Assembly (NCBI GenBank): GCA_051208035.1
Contig: JBPJFZ010000011.1
Coordinates: 27,895 to 59,894 of the forward strand
Direction of reading: 5' to 3'
DNA length: 32,000 nt
Source: Oleiphilaceae bacterium J1-3
Lineage (GTDB): Bacteria > Pseudomonadota > Gammaproteobacteria > Pseudomonadales > Oleiphilaceae
Below, in pieces: positions 28,179 through 32,000 of this stretch. Each line of letters opens with the position of its first letter. The first letter of the stretch is position 1. A program made the position numbers and the translations under genes. The notes beneath the pieces were generated by a model, which worked only from the letters and a program-made list of their open reading frames with translations, was not told where the DNA came from and searched no databases.

Positions 28179-29456
28179 TTACAAACGACCATCTACTTCA
28201 TTTTTGTTGAGAATATATTTTACGTCGTAAATAACGCTGTTGGATTTGCCTAACTTACGAATCTTTTCAGCGCCAAGCTCTTTAAACTGGTTGTGAGAAA
28301 CAGTAAGTATAATGGCGTCGTACTTACCTTCTTCCAGCTTAGGGGTCAGCTCTAACCCATATTCATGCTTCACTTCGGCCGCATCTGCCCACGGATCGTA
28401 GATATCAACATTGGCATTGTAGTTTTCAAATTCGGCGATAACGTCAACGACACGAGTGTTACGAATATCCGGGCAATTTTCTTTAAAGGTTAACCCCATT
28501 ATCAGAATATTGGCATCAACTACATGAATACGCTTCTTCAGCATGAGCTTCACAACGCTTTCTGTCACGTAAGGCCCCATGCTGTCGTTAATCCGACGTC
28601 CCGACAGAATCACTTCCGGATGGTAACCAACAGATTGCGCCTTGTGCGTTAAGTAGTAGGGGTCAACACCAATACAATGGCCGCCAACAAGACCCGGTCT
28701 AAAGGGTAAGAAATTCCACTTTGTTCCTGCTGCCTGTAAGACTTCAAGAGTATCAATACCTAATTTTTCAAATATCAGAGACAATTCATTCACCAACGCA
28801 ATATTTACGTCTCTTTGCGTGTTTTCAATAACTTTGGCTGCTTCAGCAACCTTGATGCTGCTTGCTTTGTGCGTGCCGGCGATAATCACTGACTTGTAGA
28901 GATTATCGACAAACTCTGCGATTTCGGGGTTAGAGCCAGAAGTTACCTTAAGGATGTTGGTCACGCGATGTTCTTTATCGCCTGGATTGATCCGCTCTGG
29001 ACTATACCCTGCGAAAAAGTCGCTGTTAAACTTTAGCCCGCTGACTTCTTCTAATACAGGTATACAAACTTCTTCTGTGGCGCCTGGGTAAACCGTAGAT
29101 TCGTAAATAACAATGTCGTTCTTCTTAAGCACCTGGCCAACCGTTTTACTGGCAGAGATTAACGGGCGAAGATCAGGTGTTTTGAATTCATCGATTGGAG
29201 TGGGAACAGTCACAATAAATATATTGCAGTCAGCGATATCTTTTAACTGGTCAGAAAATGATAGCTTGGTTGCTTCTGCAAATAACTCTGGTTCTACTTC
29301 AAGGGTGCTGTCTTTGCCTGACTTTAACTCATTAATCCGATGACTGTTGATGTCAAAACCCATCGTGTTGAATTTTTTACCAAACTCAATAGCAAGTGGT
29401 AAACCGACATATCCTAAGCCTATAAGGCAAATGCGAGCATTTTCTAACGTAAACAT
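28179..29456 (-). CDS. Nucleotide-sugar 6-dehydrogenase (TviB/WbpO/UDP-N-acetyl-hexosamine dehydrogenase-like)
   Basis: 425 aa. The N-terminal Rossmann motif is [18 protein letters not shown]. The catalytic region [11 protein letters not shown] is typical of the UDP-glucose/GDP-mannose dehydrogenase family. The exact substrate cannot be called from sequence alone. Confidence 0.9.
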   Translation of the reverse strand: MFTLENARICLIGLGYVGLPLAIEFGKKFNTMGFDINSHRINELKSGKDSTLEVEPELFAEATKLSFSDQLKDIADCNIFIVTVPTPIDEFKTPDLRPLISASKTVGQVLKKNDIVIYESTVYPGATEEVCIPVLEEVSGLKFNSDFFAGYSPERINPGDKEHRVTNILKVTSGSNPEIAEFVDNLYKSVIIAGTHKASSIKVAEAAKVIENTQRDVNIALVNELSLIFEKLGIDTLEVLQAAGTKWNFLPFRPGLVGGHCIGVDPYYLTHKAQSVGYHPEVILSGRRINDSMGPYVTESVVKLMLKKRIHVVDANILIMGLTFKENCPDIRNTRVVDVIAEFENYNANVDIYDPWADAAEVKHEYGLELTPKLEEGKYDAIILTVSHNQFKELGAEKIRKLGKSNSVIYDVKYILNKNEVDGRL

Positions 29457-29864
29457 GTTACATCCTTGATAGTTTGAAACTGTAATGAACTTTTAGGAAC
29501 CTCTGGTTAAATCGCTAATCAGGCAAAATAACATAGGTTCATTGACCCAATTGGCAGTAATTATAGTGAACTAGCCCCATTATAAAACAGGCTCGGCGTT
29601 TTTATTTTTCAATAAGACATGAAAACTACGTAATGGCCTGAATTTTAATGAAACTGTTATATATTTGAAACGCCTCAGTGTGTCTTCCAGCGTAAACTAT
29701 TGTTAAAATGGCCTGCCGTTTTTAAGGCAGCTTCGAACGATGCTTTGGCAAAGTGTTGAAGTTTTAAGTTCTTTGCAAGCCGCCATGAACAAGTGGCAGC
29801 AATCAAGGCATTGGTCTATTTTTAGACGACAGCCAGGTAACTTTTTACCAAAGGATATGTTTTA

Positions 29865-31277
29865 GTGGCACACATAAGGATTTTTAAGCATTACGTTCAT
29901 TTCCCTTTTATCATTCTAGGGTTGCTAGAGTCGTTTGCCTTTATGGCGGCGGTCTTCGTCGCCTTACCAACAAGACTGCTTATCGGTGATATAGAGTACA
30001 CATTCCACTTTCTCGAACTACTCCCTTCCGCTATCGCCTACGCCTATACGTTATTAATATGCATGAATGCAATGGGGGTTTATCAGTCCAAGCTCAAAGA
30101 GGGTAAGACCGGAATGGTGGTCAGAACTCTGGTTGCTTTTGCCATAGGTTCAATGATATTCCCGATTTTCTATTACATTTCCAGCGATATTTTCGGTGTA
30201 ATCTGGCGCAGCGTTTTAGTTATTGCGACGGTCTACGCTTTGTTATTCCTGGTGATTGTTCGTGCACTGTTTTATGGTTTTGTTGGCGAAGAAATTTTTA
30301 AACGCAAAGTAATGGTGCTCGGTGCGGGCAAACGAGCTAATGGCATGCTGGTTGACCTTAAGAACCCTGAAGACTGGAAAGGTTTTGAGCTGCTTGGTTT
30401 TTTTCCATTCTCGGATGACGAAGTCGTGGTGCCCCAGCAAAACGTGATACAAACCTACGCCACCATAAAAGAATATGCACTGACACATGGCGTTGATGAA
30501 ATTGTAATCGCCCTCGATGATCGGCGTAAAAAACTTCCATTAGAAGAGCTTATGGAGTGCAAACTTGAAGGCATTTCAATTGTTCAGGAATATCTGTTTA
30601 TCGAGCGCGAAACCCGTCGCGTGTCTTTAGAGATTATTAGCCCTGGCTGGTTTATCTTCAGTGATGGCTTTCAGGTATCGTCTTTGCGATCCGTGTTTAA
30701 ACGAATGTTTGATGTTATCGCCAGCTTCTTGCTGCTAATGGTGGCATGGCCTTTCATATTGCTAACGATACTCGCCATTAAACTCGAAGATGGGTGGGGC
30801 GCCCCGGTTCTGTATAAGCAAGTAAGAGTTGGCTTAAATGGCCAGCCTTTTGATGTTATGAAGTTTCGTAGCATGCGGATCGATGCTGAAAAAGCCGGAC
30901 AGGCAATTTGGGCAACGCAAAATGATTCGCGTATTACGCGTGTCGGTAATGTTATTCGTAAATACAGAATTGATGAGTTACCCCAGCTTTTTAACGTTTT
31001 CAGAGGCGACATGGCGTTTGTTGGCCCAAGGCCTGAGCGACCAGTATTCGTGGAAAAACTCGCTAAAAACATTCCTTATTATAATGAACGGCACCGTGTG
31101 AAACCGGGCATTACCGGCTGGGCCCAGCTATGTTTTGCCTATGCAGATAATGAAGAAGATAGTAAAGAGAAGCTTCGTTACGACCTCTATTACATTAAAA
31201 ACAATAGTTTATTGTTGGATATCTTAATTCTTCTGCAAACTGTTGAGGTGGTGTTATTTAAGAAGGGGGCGCATTAA
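29865..31277 (+). CDS. Polyprenyl glycosylphosphotransferase (priming sugar transferase) of the PEP-CTERM/exosortase EPS-locus type (TIGR03013-like)
   Basis: The N-terminus IRIFKHYVHFPFIILGLLESFAF is characteristic of that family. The C-terminal bacterial sugar transferase domain has KRMFDVIASF..., YKQVRVGLNGQPFDVMKFRSM, DELPQLFNVFRGDMAFVGPRPE and PGITGWAQ. The GTG start has AAGGA 9 nt upstream. Confidence 0.88.
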   Translation: MAHIRIFKHYVHFPFIILGLLESFAFMAAVFVALPTRLLIGDIEYTFHFLELLPSAIAYAYTLLICMNAMGVYQSKLKEGKTGMVVRTLVAFAIGSMIFPIFYYISSDIFGVIWRSVLVIATVYALLFLVIVRALFYGFVGEEIFKRKVMVLGAGKRANGMLVDLKNPEDWKGFELLGFFPFSDDEVVVPQQNVIQTYATIKEYALTHGVDEIVIALDDRRKKLPLEELMECKLEGISIVQEYLFIERETRRVSLEIISPGWFIFSDGFQVSSLRSVFKRMFDVIASFLLLMVAWPFILLTILAIKLEDGWGAPVLYKQVRVGLNGQPFDVMKFRSMRIDAEKAGQAIWATQNDSRITRVGNVIRKYRIDELPQLFNVFRGDMAFVGPRPERPVFVEKLAKNIPYYNERHRVKPGITGWAQLCFAYADNEEDSKEKLRYDLYYIKNNSLLLDILILLQTVEVVLFKKGAH

Positions 31278-31312
31278 TCAATGCGTTTCTAACAGAGAGA
31301 TATTGCAAAATA

Positions 31313-31348
31313 ATCAGGGCGGGTTAACGCCCTGATTTTTGCTTTTTA
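31313..31348. terminator. Rho-independent terminator between convergent genes
   Basis: AATCAGGGCG (31313-31322) pairs with CGCCCTGATT (31329-31338), followed by TTTTGCTTTTT on the plus strand. An A/T run also flanks it on the other strand. Confidence 0.75.
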
Positions 31349-32000
31349 ACTGTTTTTAAGTACGTCTCTTAACATTCTTCGCTTGGCAATCAGCGTGTCG
31401 ATAAATTTTGTGTAGGCAATTTTTTGTTCAAGCGCGCTTTCCAGAATTTCATTTAGATCCTGAACCAATTCCTGCAAGTCATCTTTGCTGATACCTGCAT
31501 GCGAGAATGTATTGCCCTTCGATGTTTTATTCGCACCGCCACTCTGCACACCGTTAGGCTCACTTTCGTTTTTAAACTCTTCTTTAAGCTCTTCGCCAAT
31601 ACTTTCGATCACTTTGCTATCAATCAGCTCCTTGTTTTCAAGAAAGGCCATCAATAACGTTCGATCCATAAATATATTGATCCGGCGGGGAATGCCGTGT
31701 GTATAAGTAAAAAGCTTCGTCAGTGCCTGCTCGGTAAAAGCGGGCTTGTCCGTCCAGCCAACATGTAAAAGTCTGTGCATCACATATTGTTTGACTTCGC
31801 TATCGGTAAGCGCTCTCAGGTGGAAACTAGCTATCACGCGCTGTTGAAACTGCAGCATGCTAGGATGCTGCATATGCTCACGCAGCTCTTCCTGGCCGAG
31901 TAAAAAGGTTTGCAGGAGAGGCTTGTTGTTCACCTGGTAGTTCGACAGCAGTCGCAATTCTTCCAGAGATTCATGGGAAAGGTTTTGCGCCTCGTCGATG
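31346..32000 (-). CDS. ExeA/GspA-like AAA ATPase, likely the PEP-CTERM-system-associated ATPase type (5' end outside the window)
   Basis: The frame stays open to the window edge. It reads IDEAQNLSHESLEELRLLSNYQVNNKPLLQTFLLGQEELR... (Walker B IDEAQ and a sensor region) and GIPRRINIFMDRTLL, typical of ExeA-like ATPases. The M at 31957 in the ORF track is an internal TTG/Leu. Confidence 0.8.
   Translation of the reverse strand, partial: IDEAQNLSHESLEELRLLSNYQVNNKPLLQTFLLGQEELREHMQHPSMLQFQQRVIASFHLRALTDSEVKQYVMHRLLHVGWTDKPAFTEQALTKLFTYTHGIPRRINIFMDRTLLMAFLENKELIDSKVIESIGEELKEEFKNESEPNGVQSGGANKTSKGNTFSHAGISKDDLQELVQDLNEILESALEQKIAYTKFIDTLIAKRRMLRDVLKNS

Noticed and set aside
29740-29865. 41-codon upstream ORF (MLWQSVEVLSSLQAAMNKWQQSRHWSIFRRQPGNFLPKDMF) whose TAG overlaps the GTG start of the sugar transferase (TAGTG)
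   Set aside because: I see no Shine-Dalgarno sequence upstream of its ATG. An open frame of this length is not rare by chance in a 400-bp spacer. The overlap could be coincidental. It would be worth revisiting only if ribosome profiling or conservation supports it.
1-32000. Searched for tRNA/rRNA genes, CRISPR arrays, IS elements, integrases, toxin-antitoxin pairs, phage genes and defence-system hallmarks
   Set aside because: No regularly spaced repeats with spacers, no cloverleaf-like intergenic sequences, and no transposase, integrase or nuclease-helicase defence-type ORFs were seen. Every long ORF has an ordinary assignment except the 187-aa secreted protein and the truncated first gene.

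Overview
This looks like a mostly housekeeping chromosomal segment of a gammaproteobacterium. That assignment is inferred from gene content and synteny only.

Gene order, left to right:
- The 3' end of an unidentified gene and a GreA/GreB-like factor.
- A compact recC-recB-recD operon on the minus strand, with ATGA stop/start overlaps.
- A 420-bp divergent intergenic region (9839-10258) carrying tandem 18-mers and a 104-bp nested palindromic element.
- polB (DNA polymerase II, apparent TTG start).
- An orphan ParA-like ATPase.
- A PEP-CTERM protein gene split by a single in-frame TAG.
- An AT-rich control region.
- A GntR-prpB-prpC-acnD-prpF 2-methylcitrate operon.
- A minus-strand ABC ATPase / double-FtsX permease / HlyD adaptor operon, followed by a small secreted protein of unknown function.
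- A divergent yegD-like Hsp70-class gene.
- The edge of an exosortase/PEP-CTERM-type exopolysaccharide locus: a TviB/WbpO-like nucleotide-sugar dehydrogenase, a TIGR03013-like priming sugar transferase and an ExeA-like ATPase truncated by the window end.

I saw no tRNA or rRNA genes, CRISPR arrays, transposases, integrases or phage genes. I did not find convincing evidence for a new multi-gene system such as a defence island. The best leads are modest: the repeat/palindrome composite between recC and polB, the amber-interrupted PEP-CTERM gene, the putative GntR operator pair, the partnerless ParA, and the ABC/adaptor/secreted-protein cluster. All functional calls rest on motif and family recognition by eye, because no searches could be run.
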